A stretch of 64,000 nucleotides of DNA from the NCBI GenBank assembly GCA_907165135.1, contig OU015570.1, positions 496,001-560,000 of the forward strand, read 5' to 3'. How positions within the stretch are numbered: position 1 is the stretch's first letter; every line of letters begins with the position of its first letter. A program made the translations under genes and the position numbers. The notes under the pieces were generated by a model. That model worked only from the letters and a program-made list of their open reading frames with translations. It was not told the DNA's origin and did not search any database. The stretch comes from Oikopleura dioica. Its lineage: Eukaryota > Animalia > Chordata. Of the stretch, positions 25,497 to 37,300 are shown piece after piece.

Positions 25497-25834
25497 CCTA
25501 TCAAGATTTACAATTACTTTTGAAAGAAACTTTTTGGATTTTATGTGGATTTTAATAAATGATAAATGCGGTGCAAAACGCCACCACTTTTGAGAAAACA
25601 TCCAAAATTTGACAAAGTGGTGTATTTTAGTCATCTCAGCTCACATTACAAAAATCAAGTCGAATGGATTATCACAAGAGAAATTACGGCGGCTCAAAGT
25701 CACCGGTTCAACCGACCACGTGTATTGAGAAGTTAAGGACTTGTGACTGACTTGCGTTTTTTTTTGGATTCCAATTCAAAACTTATGTTTAACAATCAGT
25801 TCAGTTTGATATTGAAAAATTTATATGCTATAGA

Positions 25835-26589
25835 TAGGGGGTGCACAGTGGGAAGCCCCTTAAAATTAAAAATCAAGGAACGGGGCTGAAACGGCCCGAA
25901 GGGCCGTCAAGCCCTTAAAATTAAAAATCAAGGAACGGGGCTGAAACGGCCCGAAGGGCCGTCAAGCCCCTTAAAATTTAAAATCAAGGAACGGGGCTGA
26001 AACGGCCCGAAGGGCCGTCAAGCCCCTTAAAATTAAAATCAAGGAACGGGGCTGAAACGGCCCGAAGGGCCGTCAAGCCCCTTAAAATTAAATTTAAAAT
26101 AAATTTGTCGAAAATTTTTGTCTTCCAGGAGCACTTTTCCAGCAGAATAGTCCTCCGGAGGACAAAAAATGACTCACGCTAGATCACATGATCAGTGTTA
26201 AGCATTTTATTGGGAAAAAACGGTTTGAAAAAAACTGTTATCCTCGGGATTCGAACATCCGAGTTGGCCGAAAAGTGAAGGTTTTTGACAAAGAATCGGC
26301 TCTAGAATTTTTTGCCGGAAAGTGCCGGATACCATTTTGGGGTCTAATAAAAGCTCTTTGTTTACTCTCTTAGATGCACTTTACAGTTTTTTATAACCTT
26401 TAATATCTTGGGAGTTATTTGCTAAAAACCCCTTTTCTGACCCTTTTCACGTGATTTTTAGGGTAAAAATGGACATTTATGAAAAGATGATAATTGAGAG
26501 AAATGATTGTTTAGTTATAACAAAGTCATTCAAGACTTTAAAATAACAAAAAATTAATTTTTTGACATTATCCCACTGTGCACCCTCTA
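25835..26589. mobile_element. hAT-type MITE carrying minisatellite copy C (~4 units, 25855-26090)
   Basis: TIR TAG(G/A)GGGTGCACAGTGGGA; perfect 8-bp TSD GCTATAGA (25827-25834, 26590-26597). Confidence 0.85.
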
Positions 26590-27019
26590 GCTATAGAGAA
26601 AGTATGACATTTTACATGAAATATTTGATGAATACTTTTCTTGACTTTTGAAATTAAAAGAATATAATATTGAAGATTCTAATAGATTATTAACACAAGC
26701 GACTTTATTATGGAAGCGAGAAAGATCGTGGATATACTGGAGATCACAAGGGATGGTTTACATTATTTTGAAAGCGAATATTGGGGTGGCGGGCGCCCGG
26801 AGTCACAATCAGTTGGTTCACAATTTCGATCAAAAAATGACTCAAATTGACTGAAGGCGCGGTTGTAAAGAAAGCTCATAACGTCAAATATGAGTTTCTC
26901 ATATCGGAGCGCATACAGACCCCTGATTTCATACTTTTAAAAATTTTCTGAACCGGGCTCACACAGATTGTGACCCGGGTTCACAATTGTGAACCTTGGC
27001 GCCATACACCCGAATATTG

Positions 27020-28540
27020 TTACAGTGAAAACCCAAAATTTGCCCACCCGAAATTTGGCCGCTTTTTGTATAAATCTGTCTTTTTCGGAACCTGAAATCA
27101 ACCCAAAATTTGGCCGCTTTTTCAAATATATAAAATTTTTCATCAGAATTGGGCCCAAATGATGCTATTTCTGACTATTTTGAGCTTTTTTAAAGTGTTT
27201 TAGTCATTTAAAATGGCTTAACTCTCCTATGAATGTGAAAAATTTGAGGAAAATTCATCAAAAATATGAAAATCATGCCGATTTTCGAAAATTTCGAAAC
27301 TTTGCTTTTTGAAGGGGCAACTTGGCTACCCGGCAGAAAACCCAAAATTTGGCCGCTTTTTTCGGGAATTAACATCTGAAAACCGGCCAATTTTTGGGTT
27401 TTTACTGTATTAGAAAAACTGATTTTTAATTCTGATGACCTCTAGTGACCGGAAGATGATGTTTTTTCGATAAATGCTTAAAGGGTTCCGCACGATTGAG
27501 CAAAAAATTAAAATTCATTATATAAATAATAAATTATATCATTAATTACAGTCGACTCTGGCAATTACGAGTAGCAGAATTACGAGTATTTTGACAAAAA
27601 TCCGACAAAGTCGACTGTATATTTTAGAATCAGCTCAAATCTTTTATTCATTTTAGTGTGAAATCTCATTCGTTGTTATGACTTGGGTATCTCAAGTAAA
27701 GTGTAATCTCATTCAATGGGCTTCAAAATTTTCAAATATGTACAGTGAAAATCCGTTGTTATGCAGTCATTGTATGTGACGACACGATATTTAAAAATTT
27801 ATTGGTCAATAAGATATCTTCATTTAATACAAGAGGCCCCCTTTAATTTTCGATAAAAGTTTTATCATAAAACAAAAAAAACTGCCGTTAATTTTATGGG
27901 CGCCCTGGTTAGGTCGCCGACAGGGATGTACATTCTCTAAAATCTACGACAGCGATGCGAACTGCGATTTTTCTCGAAGATTTTCTGCGGTGCGAACTGC
28001 AAGATCAAAAATTTTCTCTTCGCAGTGCGCCGCAGACTGCGATTTTCTGCGAAAAAAGTGCGGTAATTTCTGCAATTTTCTGCGAAACTGCCGAAAATAA
28101 GTAGGAACTGCGGAGAATTCTGCGATTTTTATACAGTAAAAACCCAAAAATTGGCCGGTTTTTAGATACAAATTCCCGAAAAAAGCGGCCAAATTTTGGG
28201 TTTTTGCCGGGTAGCCAAGTTTCCCCTTTAAAAGCGAAGCTTCGAAATTTTCGAAAATCGGCATAATTTTCACATTTTTGATGAATTTTATTCAAATTTT
28301 TGCTTGTTTGAAGCAATTCTGATTCTTCATTTAAGTGATTTTTAATGATAAAAACACTCGAAAAAGCTTGAAAAACCCAAAAATGATCAGAAATAGGAAA
28401 ATTTTTGCCCAATTTTGATGGAAAATTTTTATTGTTGAAAAAGCGGCCAAATTTTGGGTTGATTTCAGGTACCAAAAGGTGGATTTTGACAAAAAGCGGC
28501 CAAATTTTGGGTGGGCAATTTTGGGTTTTCACTGTAAAAT
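27020..28540. repeat. Two oppositely oriented copies of an AAAAGCGGCCAAATTTTGGG-repeat family
   Basis: ~27020-27410 and ~28130-28540 are reverse-complement relatives; a fragment also occurs at ~37845-37890. Confidence 0.6.
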
Positions 28541-29465
28541 AGTGCGGAATTTTCTGCGAAATGCGATTCAAGTGAAAAGAGTGGTCATAATTATGACGGG
28601 CAATTCTTTTAGGGCTAACTATAATAATAATTTCCTTTTCTTCAAATCGGTACTCTTTGTGCTAAAAATGATGAAAAATCGGTCTCCGTTTTGATTAGCC
28701 CCGTTCCATGATTTTTAAGTTTAAGGGGAGACCACTCAAACGACACCCTATTTTTCGTAATTCACAAGAGAAAAACTTAAAAAATTGCTGGAAAATGACC
28801 GCAGAGTCCGCAGTCTGCGAACTGCGAGATTAATCGAAAACTGCGGAAAATGACTGTGGAAAACAGGGTAAGAAATGTAGCAAGATATTGCTGCTACATG
28901 CTACACTTGCTACATCCCTCAAAGAAAACCCCTGCAACATGCTACACTTGCTACATAAAAATCTTTATCGCCTCGAATTTATCGCAAAATCGAAATCGAA
29001 ATCGAATTTATCGCCAAATTTTTAAATCAAACTAGATCACTTTTTAGCTTATGAGCATTACTACGTCTCAAAAGAGACGTTCAAAATATTTAGAGGCTGG
29101 AAAATCGTCTCTTCCGACAGATACTACTTTAAAATCTATTCTCGTCATGTAAGTTTTTGCGAAATTTTCATTTAACTGCATTCAAGAATATAATTGTTGC
29201 TTTTTCTCGAAATTTTTTTGCAGAATTGCGGAAAATGTAGCAATGTAGCAAGCTACCCTTTGCTACACGTTTTTTGAATGCTGCTACATGCTACAACTGC
29301 TACATTAACATGTAGCAAAAATGTAGCAATTGCTATAGTGCTACATTACTACCAGGAAAATAATTCATAATTTAAATTTTTGAAGTCAAACTAGATCCGT
29401 TGTATTTAAATTAACATTTTTAAAGACAGAAAAGAGACATAGATAGTGCGAAATAAAATTTAGAC

Positions 29466-30673
29466 CAGGGATGGAAATATGACAGAATTTTCCGGCGGCA
29501 CCGGCACGGCACGGCACAACCAAAATACCCGTGCCGCGGCACGGTACGGCACGGCACGGCACAAAATTTGATAATGGGGTGCCGCGGCACCACGGCACGG
29601 CACAGCACGAATTTGAAGCATATAACTTATTTATGAAGACGAAAAAAAATAAAAGCTGCTAGTGTAATTATAGAATTTTCGAAAGTTTAAATGAAAACCA
29701 TAATAAAATCAAAATCTTGGATAGTTTTAATTTTTCAAACAATGGGTGAGGGTGGGGTTGGGGACGTTACTGAGATAGCAATGTTCCAAGCCAATGTCAA
29801 GCCCCTTAAATTCAAAAATCAAGGAACGGGGCTGAAACGGCCCTTCGGGCCGTCAAGCCCCTTAAATTCAAAAATCAAGGAACGGGGCTGAAACGGCCCT
29901 TCGGGCCGTCAAGCCCCTTAAATTCAAAAATCAAGGAACGGGGCTGAAACGGCCCTTCGGGCCGTCAAGCCCCTTAAATTCAAAAATCAAGGAACGGGGC
30001 TGAAACGGCCCTTCGGGCCGTCAAGCCCCTTAAATTCAAAAATCAAGGAACGGGGCTGAAACGGCCCTTCGGGCCGTCAAGCCCCTTAAATTCAAAAATC
30101 AAGGAACGGGGCTGAAACGGCCCTTCGGGCCGTCAAGCCCTTAAATTCAAAAATCAAGGAACGGGGCTGAAACGGCCCTTCGGGCCGTCAAGCCCCTTAA
30201 ATTCAAAAATCAAGGAACGGGGCTGAAACGGCCCTTCGGGCCGTCAAGCCCTTAAATTCAAAAATCAAGGAACGGGGCTGAAACGGCCCTTCGGGCCGTC
30301 AAGCCCCTTAAATTCAAAAATCAAGGAACGGGGCTGAAACGGCCCTTCGGGCCGTCAAACCCCTTAAATTCAAAAATCAAGGAACGGGGCTGAAACGGCC
30401 CTTCGGGCCGTCAAGCCCCTTAAATTCAAAAATCAAGGAACGGGGCTGAAACGGCCCTTCGGGCCGTCAAGCCCTTAAATTCAAAAATCAAGGAACGGGG
30501 CTGAAACGGCCCTTCGGGCCGTCAAGCCCCTTAAATTCAAAAATCAAGGAACGGGGCTGTGCCCCGGTGCCGCAACCAGATTTTATTCTCCGGCACGGCA
30601 CGGTACGGCACGTGCCGTGCCGTGCCATGCCGCTGTGCCGTGCCGTGCCGTGCCGCTCAGATTTCCATCCCTG
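29466..30673. mobile_element. hAT-type MITE with (GGCAC)n subterminal repeats, carrying copy D of the minisatellite family
   Basis: TIR CAGGGATGGAAAT; perfect 8-bp TSD ATTTAGAC (29458-29465, 30674-30681). Confidence 0.88.
29690..30558 (+). repeat. G-tract head + minisatellite family, copy D (~14 units)
   Basis: Head GGGTGAGGGTGGGGTTGGGGAC at ~29743; unit TAAATTCAAAAATCAAGGAACGGGGCTGAAACGGCCCTTCGGGCCGTCAAGCCCCT. Confidence 0.92.
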
Positions 30674-30912
30674 ATTTAGACGTCTCTTCTTGAGAAATAT
30701 TTGCGAAAAATTGCAGATTTCCAAAAATATTTTTATCTCTAAAACCGGATGTAGTAATGTAGTATTACTACATTACTACACACTTCTGAGAATGCTACTA
30801 CATACTACCATTGCCGTCCGATCTAGTAAAATGTAGTAATTTACTACATTATTACGTTACTACGCTACTACATTTTGTAGTATTTATTGCCTTTTTTCTG
30901 ACTTATTTGAGG

Positions 30913-32440
30913 CAGAGTTGCAAATTTTTGAAAATTTTTTCTGAGCTGACGTCGAAATCGAGCTGAGCTGAGCTGAGCTGACCCCTTAAAGAACAACTGA
31001 GCTGAAGTGAGCTGAATTTTTCAAAAAATTGAGCTTAGCTGAGCTGAGCTGGGGCATATTTGATAATTTTTGAGCTGAGCTGAGCTTAGCTGAGCTGAGC
31101 TGATGATTTCTCAAACTGAGCTAGCTGAGCTGAGTTGACCATTTTCTTTAAGCTGAGCTAGCTGAGCTGAGCTGAGAAAGCTGATTTTTATTTACTACAA
31201 AAAATGTGTTGAAGCGAATTTAAACTTCTAGAATAGACGGACAGGGAGCCCCTGCCCTCGCACACCCCTAGACCAGTCTCTCACATTCGCAATCACACAT
31301 TTTAAATATGATATTTACCATCGGGTGACGGCGGGTTCCATTCTTTTTAAAGAATCATTCTTTTTCTCAATATTCTAGAGAAAATGAGGTAAAAAGAGGT
31401 TTTTCGGATAGATAAAAGTTCTTAGATTTCAAACTCTTCGGAATTTCCCTGATAACTTGAACACTCGCTTCTGAGTTATTCGCATTGACAGGATTTTGTT
31501 TCTTATTTTTTACTTCTTTTAAGCGTATTTTCAGGTATTCTTATCCATTTAGGCGAACGTGGCGTTTTTAAACGCCAGGGGATCTTTGGCGAACCATTTC
31601 TCTCTGAATTTCTTAATGAATTTATAAAATTTTTACTTTTCTGAAAAATTTGGACATTTTCTAAATAATAGTCGCTTTCAAATTAAATTAACGCAAGAAA
31701 AACTTCTTCAAAAATCAAAAAAGAAAAGTCCGATTCGCCTAAAATAGGCTTACTCACGCGCTTTTCCCATCAGAAAGGGAAAGGAAAGGGAGAGCGCGCT
31801 GCACTTCCCTGTTTTCCGGTCTAACTTTGCTGATCATTTACACATATTTAGGACTTATAAATAGAGATAAAATTGACATCTTTTGTTAGCCCAAACGATT
31901 TTCTAAGTATCAGTTATTTCATAATCAGAGAAATTAACAAAGAAATACTTTAAAATAGGGAAAAACCTCGTAGCGTTTGAAAACGCCACGCGGTTGCCAA
32001 CCCATAGAGCAAGAATCATTCTTCACAAAAAATGGAACTCACCGTCTACCTCTACCATCTGTACCTTATTATTTTTTAACGAAGCTATTTTTTATCTTAT
32101 TTTTCTTGCTCCAAAGAAAACTCGAATTATTTCTATCTTAAATTGACCAGAAGAAAAGCAGAAATAGAAAATACGTGTAAGTTTTTGAAAATATGACGAA
32201 TCAAAAGTGGTTCGATCTTGGTCAGCTCAATAGACTGAGCTGAGCTGAGGTAAAAATTGAGCTAGCTGAGCTGAGCTGGCTCTTTTCGAAAAATTATTGA
32301 GCTGAGCAAGTTTTCTTCAGAAAAATTGAGCGGAGCTGAGCTGAGCTGACCCTAACCTCAAAATTGCTGAGCTGAGCTAAGCTGTAGGTTAGCTAGCTCA
32401 GATAGCTCAGCTCAGCTAGCTCACAAAATTTGCAACTCTG
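30913..32440. mobile_element. hAT-type element with (GAGCT)n subterminal repeats
   Basis: TIR CAGAGTTGCAAATTTT; TSD ATTTGAGG / ATTCGAGG (7/8). Confidence 0.82.
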
Positions 32441-33628
32441 ATTCGAGGCTAATATTCAGATCAAAAATTATTTCTTCTTCAAAAAGCTCAATTTTTGAGG
32501 GACTTCAAGTTTTCGGCACTTTTGCCTAAAATCTCTAAAACATGATGTTTGTGTTTTTATCCTTTCAAATTTGCGTTTTCGGCCAGTGTCACCCAATTTT
32601 ATCTTAAATGTGGGGACTCCCGGACGAATGTAGCGAATGTCACGAATGTCGCAGCGAAAAATTAACGTAATATACGTGAATTTCAGGGTCACTTCAAAGC
32701 TGCTTATTGGCTGATTTTGATTGGTGAGTAATTATGTGATAATAAAAACTTCTACAGCAGCTGCAACAATGGAAAATTGCGCGTCATTTCCTTTGACGTT
32801 ATTCAAAATTAAAAATGACCACACGGCGAAATCAAAAGTTATAGAAAATGTGGTCCGCCTTGGCTAAAGTAAAGGGCAGATTTATTTTACGTTTTATCAA
32901 AATTAAAGGGGGCCCTCTGGGTTGTAGGAGGTCATGTGGTTACCGGTGCCGTTTTTCGTCAATATGTTTTCTAGAAAGAAAAAACAAGATTGTCTTTATA
33001 CTTATAGAAGGCTTTTCTCCATTTAAAATCAGTCGTAGAGTAAGAATTTCATACCAAAAGACCAACTAACCAAATAACCAAGAAAACTCATGAGTTGATC
33101 AAGCCACGAATATGCAGTTTTCTCATTTCTATAGCTGATTTATTTTTGATAAGTTTGGTACCAACGTTAGCCGAAAATGCCGAATGTGGGTACCGGTACC
33201 CACGTTCGAAGAGAGAGTCGAATGTGGGTATGGTACCCACATGACTGCATACCACCACCCTCTGGTATTGTTCCCTGGAAATGCTTAGGAGAATAAATGA
33301 TCATTTTTTTGTTTCGTATTTCAATTGTGATTCCAGTAGTCGGTCTCAGAGTTGGAAATGTAGTAGGGTAGTAACGTAGTAATGTAGTAAATTACTACAT
33401 TTTACTACATCATGTGGTAGTAAAGGTAGTATGTAGTAGCATTCTCAGAAGTATGTAGTAATGTAGTATTACTGCATTACTACATGCAGTTATAGAGATA
33501 AATTTATTTTTGGGAAATTAGCCATTTTTCGCTTTATTCTATCCAAAAGAGACGTCTAATTTTTTCTCACGTTATCTTTGTCTCTTTTCTTTATTTAAAA
33601 GTGTAATTAATTTACAACTAGTCTAGTT

Positions 33629-34990
33629 CAGTGTTGGAAAACCCGCAACATTTCCCGCGGGCGCGGGGGCCGATTTCAAAATTTTCCGCGGGTGCGGGCG
33701 GGCGCGGGGGCCAATTCCAAAATTTCCTGCGGGTCCGGGCGGGCGCGGGGGCCAACTCAAAAATTTCGTGCGGGTCCGGGCGGGCGCGGGCAGGGGCCCC
33801 GCAGATTTTCGCGCCCGCGGGCGCCCGGGGGGTGGAGGGCGCCCGTAACCCTCGCGTCCGCAAGCCCCGCGGGTTCAGAAATCAGCAAATAAAAAAAATA
33901 ATTTTTGATAAAAACCATAATAGAGTTATAAACTAAGATAATTTGAATTTTTCAAACGATGGGTGTGGGTGGGGTTGGGGACAAAACTGAGATTGATCAA
34001 CTTAGAGTTCCCAGCCATTGTCAAGCCCCTTAAATTCAAAAATCATGGAACAGGGCTGAGACGGCCCGAAGGGCCGTCAAGCCCCTTAAATTCAAAAATC
34101 ATGGAACAGGGCTGAGACGGCCCGAAGGGCCGTCAAGCCCCTTAAATTCAAAAATCATGGAACAGGGCTGAGACGGCCCGAAGGGCCGTCAAGCCCCTTA
34201 AATTCAAAAATCATGGAACAGGGCTGAGACGGCCCGAAGGGCCGTCAAGCCCCTTAAATTCAAAAATCATGGAACAGGGCTGAGACGGCCCGAAGGCGGA
34301 AAAATCGCCATTTTCACGCTTAGTACTATTTATACCCATTTTTACGTGGGCAAAAATTTCGGGTTAAGATGTTTGTTAAGGGATAGTGTGATACATCAAA
34401 ATGATTCTCAGAAAGCTGGGAATATATGGCACAAAAACTTTTTAACGCCCATTTTTCTCTTTTCTTCCATTTCTTCCATTTTGGTCACTAGACTGGGATG
34501 GACACTAGGTTCATGTTCGAGTTTAGGTTTCGGGCTCTGTTTTGGTTTGGGTTAGGCTTTGGTTTCGGGCATTCTATTGATCAAACGATGGCATTAAAAT
34601 CCATGTGCCATACATGCCACAATTGTCGTCGGCGGGTGAAATTCCGGTTTGTCGTTGTAAGGTTAACATGCCATGAGACCTGTGATAAAGAGTTGAAAAA
34701 AACAGGGGAATCCCTTGAATTCAAAAACCAAGGAGGGAGAAAAAGGGGGGAATCGGCCATTTGGCCGTCAAGCTCAATTTAAATTCAAGGCGAGGGAAGG
34801 GGGCCCCGGGCGGCTGAAAAAAATTTGTACGGGCGCGGGCGGGCGCGGGGGCCAAATCAGAAATTTTTCGCGGTCGCGGGCGGGCGCGGGGGCCAGATCC
34901 GAAATTTTTTGCGGGTACGGGGGGCGCGGGCGCCCGCAACCCCCGCCCGCCGCCCCCGCGGGGTTCGCGGGCGGGTTTTTTCCAACACTG
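33629..34990. mobile_element. hAT-type element with GC-rich subterminal repeats, carrying minisatellite copy E (33910-34296, ~5 units)
   Basis: TIR CAGTGTTGGAAAA(A)CCCGC; perfect 8-bp TSD GTCTAGTT (33621-33628, 34991-34998). Confidence 0.88.
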
Positions 34991-36274
34991 GTCTAGTTTG
35001 ACTTCAAACTAGTTCGACTCGGTCTTTAAGTCGAAAAGTTCTCCGAGGCGTCTCCGTGAGCGTCTATAGGGAATCCATATGGAAAAATCCGGCAAAATAT
35101 TTAAATAATTCTACAGACTATAGCCTATATCATATAGGCTATATGGTTACTTACGCCTCATCACTTTGGGAGATATCGATTTCTTTGAATACTTGCTCCG
35201 ACAAGGCGACAGATATTTTGACAAATAATAATATGTTTTTATTGAATAAAAAACAGTAATTTAAGAGTTTTGGCAGTGAAATTTACGATTTTTGAATTTT
35301 TCATTTTTTCGCTTTGATGGATGAAGATGGATCCGGTTTAGGTTTTCATGACAATTTTAATGATCAGTGAAATTTTTTATGAGCTTTTGAAATGAGAGCT
35401 GTCATTTCTCAATATTCATTCTCAAGAACAAAAATAATTCCCGTGCTTTTAGTTCAAGATTCAATTTTAGTTTTATTTGAGAAATAATCGAATTATTGAA
35501 TCAGATTTAACACATTATTGATAAAAAAATTTATCTCCGCAGGAAAATGTCAGAAATTTGATACGAGAGCTTTTAAAAAGTGTCGCAAGAGAATCTTTTA
35601 AAATTAGAAAAATGTCCAGAATTTTGATGTCCAGAAGTTCTATACACAACTGTATTCCATATAAGAAAAAACAACAAGTCAGAACCGGCATATCTTTAAT
35701 TTGACGAGAGCAAAGTTTTTTAATTATCTCACAAATAATCATTCCAAAAATTTGGCAGGAAAAAAATTGAGTCTGTTATCCGAGATAAGGATTGTTTCAA
35801 TCAATAAAAATCACTCGTAGTGGCTATCTGATAATAAAAAAGATGGTAGATGAAAAAAAAGGATGGTGAAATGATCCTGAGAGGGAAAATAAGTGTCAAT
35901 CTAGCTGTCGAAAGACGCTGAAATCGCGGAACAATGAAGAAAAATAACATGCGCTTATTTTTTTTCTTTTGAGAGTCTTCAGTGCTCTAATTTACAAGCC
36001 CTGGTCAAAAATTAATTCAAAGACAAAACTGTCAATTTGTGTATAGACACCAGTATTTTACCTTCTTATCTATCCTTTATTAACACATTCGACGTAAAAT
36101 CAATATTTTCATCATTCATTTGAAAAATATGTCTTCAATTTGAAAGGTCTTTCAGCCAAAGGATCCTCAACATGTCCTCTTAGGTCTGTAGTGATTTTGC
36201 AATCTCTCGAAACTCAGAAAATGAGCTGCGAGCAAATAGTCGCATTTTGAAATGAGAGCCCAACGCAGTGACTC

Positions 36275-37300
36275 TGAATTGTTCTGAGAACTGGGACTAA
36301 ATCTTGTGGAGTCAAACACGAACGGCCGCTAGCTCGTAGAGATATTGACTGGTTTATTGAGAATAGAAAACGGAGAGGAGCAATTGTGTACAGCTGACGG
36401 TGTTAGTGGGAGTCAGCGGGAATAACAACTGACTCCGGGTAAAGGGGCTTTGAGAGGGCTTAATATAGGTTCTTTGATTGACAGTTCAGGGACTGTAGCT
36501 AAACTAGAACACTTCACCCTTCCCCCATTTAGGAAATGATGATCAGTGTTATAAATACACTAACAGAGAAGAATAAGAACACACACACACAAAAATTCGT
36601 GAAGTTGAGCTAAGCAGTAGTAGATAGAAGTTAATACAGTAGTTAAGAATTGGTTTTCTTTGGGGACTGTTTGGAGAACATCAGAGGCGGCGAGTTTGTC
36701 GGCAACGATGATGATTCCTTTGGTTACGAGAGAGTTGGCACACGTGAGAGTGGGGTCGAAGACAAAGCAGAATGTAGGTTGATAATTGACGATGAAATCG
36801 TTCACAATGACGAAGAAGGTGTTGATTTTGGCTTAGATGGAGAGATGGGCTGAGTTCGGGCGAGAAGAAAAGACTTGCAGGCGAGAAGATCATGAATCAT
36901 GATTGTCGTCGGAAGTGTCGTTGAAGTAAGAGTTGTTGGCGGTATCATCACTGCTCATTGGCTTTTTGGGTCTAAAGGTATTAAGGGTGCAACGGGTGGT
37001 TTACGTACTGACAACCTTGAAGGATTCTAAGGCCTAACTGATCTTATGGAATTCCTACGGTTGACTCGCTTCTAAGCCTCAGATTTTCATCTGAACCAGA
37101 CTGTTAATCTGGTCGGACTATCGTGTGACCTTTCATGCCCCTTTAAAGTCGATAGTCTAACAGACCTTTATAGAAAGCATTCCAAAAGTTTTATGATGGG
37201 ATAGCTAGTTCCTTATCCTTCCCCCGTTTACACTATCGAGAGGAGGTCTATAATAAGGCTCCACGCTTAAAAATTCGTGTCGAAAAAACACGTGATATCA
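36275..37300 (-). mobile_element. 3' remnant of an LTR retrotransposon (putative LTR 36275-36516)
   Basis: On the minus strand, PPT GGGGGAAGGG (36517-36526) is followed by TG, a TATA-like motif, AATAAA and a CA end at 36275. No second LTR was found, so the ends are unverified. Confidence 0.5.

Noticed and set aside
28005-28571. 188-aa ORF
   Set aside because: It runs through AAAAGCGGCCAAATTTTGGG repeat sequence; low complexity with no protein motif.
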